Of a stretch of 64,000 bases of DNA, positions 1-10,225 are shown piece by piece. Position numbers and translations under genes: made by a program. The DNA lies in assembly GCF_011745625.1 (NCBI RefSeq), contig NW_027191459.1, positions 248,001 to 312,000 on the forward strand. Direction: 5' to 3'. Under the pieces are notes generated by a model that saw only the letters and a program-made list of their open reading frames with translations, did not search any database and was not told where the DNA came from. This DNA is from Cladosporium halotolerans (Eukaryota). Every line of letters begins with the position of its first letter. The first letter of the stretch is position 1.

Positions 1-856
1 GGGAGACTAGCAGGCAGTCGGTCCACGGACGCTCGCAGGCGCCGCGGGCGCGGTCGAGTCTGTCCGCGCGATAGAGACGAGCGGGTGCTGGCACGGGCGA
101 GCGCCAACGCCGCCAACCCCACGAGCTTGTCGAGGTTTGACTGGAAATTAAGCTCCGGTTTCAGCGACTTCCGGGGGAGATTGCGCTCTGATGTAATCGT
201 GTGGCAGCGACGTCCGCCCTAGGGCACTTGGGGCCCGCCGGCTGCAACTCCGGCGACTCATGGTGCAGGACAATCGATATACCGATGTGCCGGATGGTGC
301 GACATCGTCAACGGCAGCCTGCTACAGGAGAGCGAAACCGCCTGGTTGCCAGCGACCGCGAAAGGCACGCACGGCACGATGAGGTGAAGTGGACGGGATG
401 CAAGATTTCGCGCATATCTCCCGCGATACGAGCACGGATCTCCCGTCATCTCCTAGCATATTTGCCAAGGTCGCCTGAAGCAAGCTACCGCGTGGGAGAC
501 CGAGAGCCGAAACTAAATTTGCGATGGGGACAGCCACTCAGGATTGATGAAGTCAGTATCCCTGTCGGGTACCCCAGTCGTTTCTCATGCATGCCGTCAG
601 GGTGCGTCGAACTGTGTAACAACCGGTGGATTTCATGGAGTATAGGATCTTTGAGCTTTTATCTTCTCAAGAACCTGAATTTGACACGAGTATCCTGTTG
701 TTAGTACAGGAGTGAATGGGATATGTATTTTTCGGAACTTGGGCACGATCTAGATAAGCTATTCTCTACATGCGCTTTTGTATTGTACAATGTATGAGTA
801 GACAGGCACAAACCACATCACCTACCAATGCCTCTCCAAGCACCCGATGCCCTCCC

Positions 857-2394
857 TCACTTCCTCCTCAAAACCCCCGGCCTCCCCCCAATATAGACCC
901 AGCACAACCCCGCCGTGACCGCACAAATCCCCGCCAACACAGCGTTCATCTTCCCATACCCGACCGCCTCCTTCATCTCCCCCGCCAACTCCGGCCCCAG
1001 CGTCAGCCCGGCGGAGAAAACCATACTGTTCAGCCCATACAGCTGCGCGTAGGGCCCCTCGTCGCCGAAGAACTCCGGGTTCGCCTCGTAGTACTTCTGC
1101 ACCACCGCGCCCGCCTCGACGATGCTCGGCGCGCCGATGCCCGCGAGCCCGATCCCGCTGAGCGCGAGCAGGACGCCGTAGATGACGGCCTGCGGCGTGC
1201 CGCCGGCGTGCGGGATGCGGAGCAGGATGAGGGCCGGGACGAGGTAGGCATAGGTGCTGACGGCGACGGCTTTGGTGCCGAGGCGGTCGACGGCCCAGCC
1301 GAAGACGGGGCCGAGGAGGAAGTCGAAGGCGCCGAGGGGGAGGAAGAGGACGCCGGACTGGAGGGAGGTGAAGGCGAAGTACTCGCTTGCGACGGTCGGG
1401 ATGGTCGCGTCGAAGGAGCCGAGGAGGGTCGCTTGGACGAAGGCGACGAGGAGGGCGGTGAGGAGGCGGGCGTCGGCCAGGCAGGGGAGGATGGGGATTA
1501 GGTGGGCGATTTTGGGCTGTTCGGGGGAGAGTTTGAAGGCGGCGGCGTCGTCTTCTTGTTTGGGGCCGAGGAGGGGTTGGTTCTCGTCGGCGGGTTGTTC
1601 GGGGTCTTCTTGGTTTTGGGCGTCGTGCGGTGTGGTATTCCGGTCGGAGACGGAGTTTGGGTCTTGCGCTTCGTAGCGCTTGGCGACTTTCTTCTCGATG
1701 ACCAGAGCTCGCATCACGAAGTCGACAACGAGGATCGCGAAGCCGATGCCGAACACGCCAGGGTATCCAGTTTTCTCGTAAAGTACGCCGCCAATCAGCG
1801 GAGCGAACAAAGTACCTACGGAAGTGAAGGAGAAGATCTGTACAACGTTAGCGCGGATATGATTATTCACATGAATTGACTGGAACTTACAGATCCGATC
1901 GTCTTGCCCAGGTTGTCCGGACCCACCGTCTCCAAACACAATGCCAGCCCGATAGTCCAAACGAAAGCAGCACTGATTCCCTGAAGAATACGGGCAAATG
2001 CGAGGACAGGAAGGGTCGTACCCACGAACAACAAGACCGTTGCAATAAGGAGCGCTCCGAGTCCAACAAGGAATGGAGCCTGACGAGTCGAGATCCTATC
2101 AGCCAGAATGCCCGCAATCGGGCTTGTTACGACGGACGCTGCGGCGTACGCAGCCAAGAGGGCAGAGACATTACTTTGAATCTGATCCTCAGGGACACCG
2201 ACTTTATCCTTGAGCATGAAGGGGAGGATGGGTACGACAAGGCCGTATAGGAACATGTCGGTGAAGAGACCGATGCCGACCGTGGCGACGATGAAGATGG
2301 TATTGCTTCGCCATGCCAGGCCGTAAGGTTTCTCCGAATAGTCTTTCGTGAGCTGGAGAGTGTTCAACACTTTGGTTGTAGTTGGTCGCGTCAT
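857..2394 (-). CDS. MFS transporter (vesicular amine transporter-like); exons 2394-1891, 1837-857
   Basis: Multiple hydrophobic TM segments; MFS motif A-like GILADRISTRQAP and GWAVDRLGTK; GTAAGT..GCTAAC..CAG intron 1890-1838 joins the two ORFs in frame (494 aa). Confidence 0.9.
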
Positions 2395-3204
2395 GATGGG
2401 CTACCGCCTGCCTTCTCCCGCGAAAGGCTTTCAACAGTATTGGCCTTGTTGGAAGCCAATCAATTTGAAAGGCCCTCAAATTCGAACTGTCTTTTCGGTG
2501 GTACGAGATGAACTTGTATTTGCACTCGGACTCTGCAAGTCCTTGATGATCGACCAGATCTTGAGGATGTCAAATACTGGCCGCCGCCTGCCTTTGATGA
2601 TTGTGGAGGCGGATATGATCTCAGGCTCGCGGTATCGCTGCCCGGTCCCTGTATGAAGTAAGAAAATGCGAGATTCGCAATGAGTCAACGCCGCCTGGAA
2701 AGCCAAAAACGTGTGGTGAGAGGAGCTGAAGTCAGCCCTGTTAAAGTATATGTACATACGAACAAACGCAGTGGACATGGGTGGTGAGGTCATCCTCCAG
2801 CCAGGGCCATCCGGTGGAGCGAGACGAAGGAGACATCCGGCCAGAATGTTAGGCAAGCTGCGCTTTCACAAAGTGGGTTTGATCATTTGAGAGTTTGCAA
2901 TATTAAATCATCACGTACAAATTTTTTATTGGCACTGCAGGTGGTGCAGATACTGTACACTCGATCGCACCACTGACATGGCACGCATGGCCGCGGCGTC
3001 TGCGAGATGCACCGTCGACAGCGGACGGAGTCTTTCCGCGGGGCTGCAGCGCGATGCCTTCACATGCTCAAGCTTTCGCGACCCTTCCTCATGCACCACT
3101 CAATTTGATCAACACACCAGCTTTAGCTGCTTTTTGACGCACTACATCGCGTCGCATAGTTCTCAAGGCCTCCGCGGTCAATCTCAGGCAGGCGAACAGC
3201 AAAA

Positions 3205-4108
3205 ATGGCTGACACCGAACAAGTTCCACCTAACGCAACGTTCGTACATTGCACTCCGTACGGAATTGCGCGAGGTTAGGATCAAAAGCTGACCGTGAAC
3301 ACAGTGTCTACGTATGCCCATTGCATCACACCTTCTAGCCCTTTGTTTCTCCCTAACCCTCCAACAACAGGCCCGCAACCTCGACGAGAAGGTCAAGATC
3401 CCCGCCCTGATCGAGGCGCTGCACGAACTCTTCGACGTCTTCGGCACCGTCGTCGACATCGTCGCGAAGAAGAGCCTCAAGCGCAAAGGCCAGGCGTTCA
3501 TCGTCTACGATAATGTCGAGAGTGCGCAGGATGCGATTGAGGACCTCCAGTCCTTCGACCTGTTCGGCAAGCCGATGAAGTTGGAGTTTGCCAAATCGCG
3601 CTCCGACGTCACGGTGCAGAGGGAGGATGGCGAGGCTGGGCTCGAGACCCACAAGAAGCACAGGATCGCAGAAAAGGGCAAGTTCACACTTTTCAGGCAT
3701 TCGCACGGTGTTGCATCTGACGGTATTGCAGAGCGCAAGCAAGCGCAAGAGGCCGCGGCCGCGGCAGCCACTGCACCGGCCAAACGTGCGCCAGCCGAGA
3801 ACATCGCAGAGCGCCCTGCGAAGAGCGCCAAGCCGGCGGCTGGTGCTGGTGGTGTTATACCGGACGAGTTCCTCCCGCCGAACAAGACTCTTTTCTTGCG
3901 CGACCTGCCCGAGGGCTATGGCCAAGACGCACTCGCTGTCATCTTCAAGCGCTTTCCGGGCTTTAGGGAAATCCGGACGGTGCCTGGCAGAGGCAATATT
4001 GCGTTTGCGGAATACGATGATGAGACTGGTGCCATTGCGGCGAAGGAGGCGCTTTCGGGCATCGAGCTGAGTGGACAGCCGATCTCGGTCACGTACCAGA
4101 GGCAGTAA
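3205..4108 (+). CDS. U1 snRNP protein A (U1A/Usp102-like, U1A/U2B'' family, two RRMs); exons 3205-3239, 3305-3311, 3371-3677, 3732-4108
   Basis: Spliced product MADTEQVPPNATVYARNLDEK..IVAKKSLKRKGQAFIVY..; C-terminal RRM PPNKTLFLRDLP..FPGFREIRTVPGRGNIAFAEY; exon sum 726 nt, in frame. Confidence 0.9.
3234..3270 (+). promoter_or_regulatory. U1 snRNA stem-loop II mimic (U1A-binding hairpin) spanning the intron-1 donor of the U1A gene
   Basis: CGCAA-CG-TTCGTAC [ATTGCACTCC] GTACGGA-A-TTGCG: 7-bp inner stem closed by C-G, 5-bp outer stem, 10-nt loop identical to the human U1 SLII loop. Confidence 0.75.
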
Positions 4109-4200
4109 GCTCTAGTATCAGATTAGGCAGGAGAGCCTGGGCTAGGTTGGAGCCGAATGATACCCATTTCCTTCCCGTGATTGAGTTGTTCGCAGTACCG

Positions 4201-5148
4201 CTAATGGGCGTCATCTAAATGCTGATTGATGCAATCCTCCGCCATCTCTTCGCCACATATCGGACAGGACACTGTGATCCTTTCTCGTTTTCGAACTTCA
4301 GTCACATCATCGACGCCTTCCCGATCTATTGTTACTCCAAACCCATTGGTCTCCGCTCGATCCAGCGAACGCTCCCGCTTCCTACCACCCACCCACCCAT
4401 CAATCTTATTCTTCTGCCTCCCCGCCCTCTGCAACCCATTCAACCGCTGAACCTGCTCCCTCGTCATCCCCGGCTCAGCAATCTTCCGAAAACTCCCACC
4501 ACACTCCTCTCGATGCTTCGCCCACCACGCATCCCCCTTGCCCGGCGCCCTATTCATCGCCCGCTTCACAAGCCCAAAGAACGGCGCACGCGTCCTACAC
4601 GGCCCCTCGCACTCCCACACATGCGTGCGGTAGCTCTCGACCTCGTCATGGAAAGAATGGTACACGCTCACGCCATACCCGCCGTGCTCGTTCACCGCGT
4701 CCGCGAGCATCAGGAACCCCTCGCCGTGCCCCGTGCCGTCGTCCCCGCGCGAGTGCCGCCACGACGTGGTGAGGAAGAGGTACGCGTGGATCGCCTCGTG
4801 CAGCAGCGTGTCGAGGAGGTCGGAGCGCGGGCGGAACTTGAGCGGGGGTTCGGAGAGCTTGAGGCGCACGCGCGTGTATTTGTTGTTGTTGGCGGGGTCG
4901 CGGACGAGCTCGCAGGTGCCGGCGCAGAGGGTTAGGCGTGGGGACCAGGAGAGCTCGTCCGCGGGGAGCAGGAGGGAGCGGAAGTAGAGGGTGTTGTACA
5001 GGGCGAGGAGCGAGTGAATGTCTGGGAAGGGGTCGGGTGAAGCGAGGAGGGTGGTGAGTTGGGTTTGCGCGAGTTGTTGGGTAGGGCTGAGGGGGGTGAG
5101 GGTGCTGATTGCAAGGGCGGCGGCGGATTCGTCTGTTGTTGGAGGCAT
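4201..5148 (-). CDS. SprT-like (Spartan/SPRTN-type) zinc metalloprotease with C-terminal UBZ-type zinc finger
   Basis: WSPRLTLCAG, HEAIH (HExxH), GHGEGF, HVWECEGPC..FFGLVKRAMNRAP; C-terminal CPICG..INQHLD. Confidence 0.9.
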   Translation of the reverse strand: MPPTTDESAAALAISTLTPLSPTQQLAQTQLTTLLASPDPFPDIHSLLALYNTLYFRSLLLPADELSWSPRLTLCAGTCELVRDPANNNKYTRVRLKLSEPPLKFRPRSDLLDTLLHEAIHAYLFLTTSWRHSRGDDGTGHGEGFLMLADAVNEHGGYGVSVYHSFHDEVESYRTHVWECEGPCRTRAPFFGLVKRAMNRAPGKGDAWWAKHREECGGSFRKIAEPGMTREQVQRLNGLQRAGRQKNKIDGWVGGRKRERSLDRAETNGFGVTIDREGVDDVTEVRKRERITVSCPICGEEMAEDCINQHLDDAH

Positions 5149-5504
5149 TGGGGCGAAGTGGTTTCTAGTCTGGTGGCTTTGAGGGCCTCATGGTGGAGAG
5201 ATGATGTTGGCCCCGCGCAACTGGCAAATTGTGATTGACGTTAGAATCGAGTCGCAGTTTCCATTTGGAAATCAATAATGTTGTCTTGCCAGATTGAAAA
5301 TGATCGTCTTTATCGACGGGAATGTATCGTCAATGCACGTGGCGTGAAGTGCCGCGGCTCTGAGAATGTCGTCACTGCAGTCGAGCTTCCCCAGACTCGC
5401 CGAAGGGACCTTTGACTGATGCTTCCACCTCCCACCTACGCCTCTGAGGCTAGACCACACACCACCCAACAAACAAACCGACTACATCCTTTGTATAGCC
5501 CAAG

Positions 5505-6800
5505 ATGGTGCTCGAGGAGGCAGCCAGATCAACCGAGTCCTTCGGCACGGACTCGCCTCCCTCCGACGACATCGACCGCTACGCCGACAAAAACCCACCC
5601 TACACCTCGACCCGTGAGCCCTCCTTCGCCTCGGTCGCCCGCGACGGCGCGCAGGGCAAAGTCTTCGTGAATCTCGCCAACCTCCCGCGGCCCTTCTCGC
5701 TCTTCGGCACGCGCTCCAACCCGCCCGTCCTCATCGAGTCCATCCAAGAATCCTGCCGCTTCCTGCAGCAAGTCCTGCAGCGCCCCGCAACGCAAGAGGA
5801 GGCCGACGCCTTCGCCTACCACGTCGCGAAGTCGTACCGTGTCGCCAGCTTCGGCAGCCCCGTCGGCATGTCGCTCGCAAGCGTGCAGTTCTTCCGCACG
5901 CGCGACAGCTTCCGCTTTCCGGGCTGGTCGCCGTTCAAGGACCAGAGCAACTGGAGCAAGGACCGGTTGGGTCCGCTGACAGGGCCGGCGGCGAGGATGG
6001 GCTGGCACTCGCTGCGGCTCTTTTCGTACATGCTGCTGGGATCGGTCGTGGGCGCGGTGTTTTTCGGCAGCTATGCGGTCAGCTTGAGCTTGGCGGGTAG
6101 GGCGATGGATCCAAGGTTGAAAGAGTTTTCGGAGAAGTTGAGGCAGTTGCAAAAGGACGGTGTGAGCACGCAGCAGCTCAGGCGGCAGCAGGACGTGGAG
6201 GGCACGACGCAGGCGGAGACGTTTGAGCAGAGGAGGCAGAGGCGGAGCGTGCAGAGCATGCAGAGGGAGAGTGGGCAGAGTCAGGGCTATGGTGGTGCAC
6301 AGGGCGCTCGCAAGAGCAACGATTATGACGATGCTTCGCCTACCGGTGGTGCGTTCGAGGCGGATTACTCTGATCCGCTGACCGACACCGGCGTGATGAA
6401 CGACGACCAATCGACTCAGCAGCAATACCGCCAGCAAGCAGATGCTTGGTCGAGTCCCGCAGAGAACAGAGCGAACACAGTCGACTTGAACAAAGCTGCG
6501 CCTCAGCGCCCCAGCGCTGATAGACAGGCGGCGAATCAGGGAGAGGGCGTGTCACAGCAGCAAGGCGGCAGCGCCTGGGAGCGCCTGCGGCAACAAGCTG
6601 CGAACGGCGGCGCCGGCGCCGGCGCCGGATCAGGTGCGCAGAGGAGATCAAGGGACCAGGAGGACCAGGGAGGCGATGCCTTCAGCTTCTCTTCAAGCGA
6701 GGAAGACAAGCAGACGGCCAAGTACGAGGCGCAGAAGGACTTTGATGCCCGCATTGAACAAGAGAGATCAGGCAAGAACTTCGACAGCAAAAGATGGTAA
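5505..6800 (+). CDS. Fungal hypothetical membrane protein (about 2 TM segments, low-complexity Q/G-rich tail)
   Basis: 431-aa ORF with coding-like codon bias, two hydrophobic segments, SAWERLRQ and AQKDFDARIEQER motifs. Confidence 0.8.
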   Translation: MVLEEAARSTESFGTDSPPSDDIDRYADKNPPYTSTREPSFASVARDGAQGKVFVNLANLPRPFSLFGTRSNPPVLIESIQESCRFLQQVLQRPATQEEADAFAYHVAKSYRVASFGSPVGMSLASVQFFRTRDSFRFPGWSPFKDQSNWSKDRLGPLTGPAARMGWHSLRLFSYMLLGSVVGAVFFGSYAVSLSLAGRAMDPRLKEFSEKLRQLQKDGVSTQQLRRQQDVEGTTQAETFEQRRQRRSVQSMQRESGQSQGYGGAQGARKSNDYDDASPTGGAFEADYSDPLTDTGVMNDDQSTQQQYRQQADAWSSPAENRANTVDLNKAAPQRPSADRQAANQGEGVSQQQGGSAWERLRQQAANGGAGAGAGSGAQRRSRDQEDQGGDAFSFSSSEEDKQTAKYEAQKDFDARIEQERSGKNFDSKRW

Positions 6801-6898
6801 ATGTAGCATAGCATGAAATGTACTACTACTCTTGCTTAACATCAACCCATTTTCCAGCTATAACTGAACGCATGTCAACGGTTCATGTATTCATACAT

Positions 6899-8607
6899 CT
6901 ATCCTATAATGTACTTGTCCGCGCCCTCACCAAACAGCAAATGCGGCTTGCGCTCTGCGATGTCGAGGATCGTCTGCGCAAAGACAGAGTTAGCCCAGGC
7001 AAACCAGCTGCGGGTGTAGTCTCTAATCTCTTCAACGTTCACACTCTCATGGACCAGCCCCAGCGGCGATGCTTGCTTGACCGCCGCCAGCAGGGTCTTG
7101 ATCTCACTGTCGTCGTCGCTGGTCATGGCCTGAACGAGCAAGCTCATCGGCCACGCGTTCATGAATCCGATGTGCGGTCCACCGATGCCGTTGAACTCCG
7201 AGCCCGTGAGGTAGTAGGGGTTGCCCTCTTTGGAGAGAATCATCTTGCGCGTGTTCTGGTAAGTCTCCTCATCCTTCTTCAGAAAGCCGAGCAGTGGCAG
7301 GGCAAGAAGCGAGGGCAAGTTTGCGTCGTCCATAAGGATGCTCGATCCGTAGCCGTCGACTTCAAAGGCGAAGACGGAGCCGAACTTGCGGTGCTTGACG
7401 ACACCGTGCTCCCAGACGCCCTTCTCGATACGTTCGCCGCGCGCGCGCAGCTGCTGAGCCAGGTCTGGTTTGCCGGCTTTGTCGAGGATGTCGGCGGTGC
7501 GCTTGAGCTCGACGGCTATCATCGCGTTGCCGGGGATGAAGAAGCCGAGTATGGTAGCGTCGTCGCTGGGTCTGAATGCGGAGCGGACGAGGCCAGTTCC
7601 ATAGTTGAGAGGGTTGCCGTTTCCACCGAGGTTCAAAGTTTCAGTACCGGTGTTGGTGTTACGCTGGAATCGATATTCCTGGCGCTGGAAAGAGCCGGTC
7701 TTGGGGTCGAAGGTGGACTGGCTCTGCTGGTCGATAACCTCGATCAGACTGTCGACGGCTTGCAGCCACCTCTTGTTGATGAACTCCGTCGAGCCGCTGT
7801 GGCTGTAGAATTGGTTCCCGAGTGACAGGAAGTGTGCAAGCGAGTCGATCTCGTACTTGCATTCGAACACCTGGCTGGGCTCGTACGCCGGATGCACCGT
7901 GTCTCCCTGACCATTGTCGCTGGCTTTGATCTTGCTCGCCGGAGGTGGTTGAAAGGCGTTGCAGTATGGCGACTCGATCACGTATTCCGATTGCGTGTTA
8001 ATGGCGCCCAGAAGCAGTGTCTCGATAGCCTTATCCTTCTTCGCTAATCGCTGGTACTGCGCCAGCTGATTCGTGCTGTCACGCAACCATTCCGCAGAGA
8101 TGTCACCCGTCACAATGAACGACTGCGCTCCCTCCCAAGCACCATCTTTGCCCCACCAAGACGACCGTCCTTTTGCGGGCTTTTCTGTGCCGTCCACGTG
8201 CCATTTGACTGTCGTGTCGAGGGTGTTCGGGAACGCGTTCTCGAATATACGCGCCAGGTCCTTATCCACTATCTTCTCGTTCATATCCTTGATCACTTTT
8301 TCTACCAACGGCGACTCGAACGTGCGACATGACTTCGCCGGTCGCTGGAACGGGAGCTCGAGGGGTCCATCGCTGTAGGGATGGCTAAAGCGTCGTCAGC
8401 GGCTGTGTCGCGATGGGACAGAGCTACATGATCTTACTGAGGGAAGCGTGCGTAGTGTTCATACGCAGGGCACGCTGCTAGGATCTTCGCGCGTGCCCGA
8501 GGATCAAGCAAAGGATCCTGCTTGCCTTCGTGATCGCCGAGGCAGTATGCTTGGTCGAAGCACAGGCTGGCGAGCACGCAGAGCGCTGCCGTTGAGGGTG
8601 CGCGCAT
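6899..8607 (-). CDS. Glycoside hydrolase family 125 (exo-alpha-1,6-mannosidase-like), secreted; exons 8607-8438, 8384-6899
   Basis: ENAFPNTLDTT, TGDISAEWLRDS, ECKYEIDSL, FRPSDD, MDDANLPSLL, TRSWFAWANS motifs; signal-peptide-like exon 1; intron 8437-8385. Confidence 0.92.
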
Positions 8608-9102
8608 GATACTGTAGATCTCTCGCAGCGTGGCTTGATTAAAGACGATTTTAAGACTAGAATCGATCGATTGCTGGGCGCTGCATTGGTCGTGGGGTGG
8701 ATTAGAGATGAGGTCGAGGCATATGAAACCGCTTGGCAGTCGCCATGTTACGTAGATGGTCAGGGTCGGCTTCTGGTGAACAGTGCCCAATAGCGGCCAC
8801 GGCTAATGGGAAATAGTCGGGACACGGGCGGCACCACTGCAGGTCTAATAGATTTAGGGGCGCTTGAAGGCTATAAACGCGATCGATATTGGTTGAGGCT
8901 GAATCTCAAATCGTGAGAAGGATTATCGCTTTGATGCGTCTGAGCTCTATACGTTCGTAACTACAATCGCGCTGCGTGCCACAGCGGTCAAAAACCAACA
9001 ATACCTCACACATGCACCATGCGAAGTGGTATCTTGCGCAAATCAAACCAATGCCCTAAAAACGCCGCAAATGCTCCATAGCTTGGTCAAAACAGCATCG
9101 CT

Positions 9103-10225
9103 TCAGAGGAAATAGTCCTTGACCGGGTCATTGCCGGCGTGCTGTTGCTGATTTTGCTGTTCCTGCCGATGCGCATCGTTTTCTGGCGCTGCATCGAACA
9201 CGTTCCATTTCCTCTCGCCGCCAGGTCCGACCTCCAAGACACTCGCGAGGTTGCCACATCTGTAGCAGTAGTTCGGCGCGCTCCAAACCGTCGATAGTCG
9301 GTCGTCAAACATAACCATGTAACCTTCGTTGCAAAGTTGGTGTGCTCGTAAAATGTGATTCATGCTGTTCACTTCCAAAAATTTCTTGACGACTTGTGCG
9401 CCAAACGTGTAGCCTGCGCCTCGGGGCGAAAGGCTGAACTCGTCTCTCTCTCCATCCGGATCCGACCACACCAGATCCGCCATAGGGCCTTCGTGGGGAA
9501 TTTCGCGAAATCGGTCGATGATTTTGATCTGGTCGATCGAGTGGATGCTCGGGCTCAAACCGCCGTGTACGCAGAAGATCTTATCGTCGATGACACAGCT
9601 CAGCGAGAGGTAATCGAACATGTCGGTGAAGTAATGCCAGACCGCTGCGTTGCCGTATTTCCTAGAGCATTCGGTGTAGAAGCCGTAGGACTGTGTGACG
9701 CCTCTGCTTTCGTGATTGCCGCGAATCAGATGCACCCGTTCAGGATACCGTAGCTTTAAGCAAATGAGGAGACTGATGGTCTCTATACTGAAGAGACCGC
9801 GATCCACATAGTCACCTGTTGTCTCGTCAGCTCCAAAAGAAAAAAAGACAACCGAAAATCCACCTCCGACATCTTGCAACAGGCCTGCAACATGACTCTC
9901 AACTGCTCGCGTGACCTACCCAAGAAGAGGTAATTTGTGTCCGGACAGTAGCCTCCGATCCTGAATATTTCGATCATGTCGAAGAATTGTCCATGGATAT
10001 CGCCGACCACCGTAACAGGCGCTTGAATGTGCACCACATTGCTCTCCTTCATAAGCAGCTCTTTTGTCTTAGCGCACACCGCTTCGATAACCGAGTCGGC
10101 GAGGAGCTCCTTGCGGTAGAGCCTTTCGATGCATTCGTCCAGATCGACGCTGGCTATGCGACATGGTTAGCTAACAAGTCGCACGGCGGCGACGCGAATA
10201 TCCGCATACCAGGAAGGCCAGGCAT
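9103..10225 (-). CDS. PPG1: PP2A-like Ser/Thr phosphatase PPG1; exons 10225-10210, 10153-9920, 9815-9103
   Basis: GDIHGQ, GDYVDRG, RGNHE, SAPNYCYRCGN, C-terminal DYFL; N-terminus MPGLPASVDLDECIERL; TQSYGFYTECSRKYG; two canonical introns. Confidence 0.9.

Noticed and set aside
201..704. 167-aa GTG-start ORF at the window start
   Set aside because: Non-ATG start, no recognisable motifs and no coding-like composition
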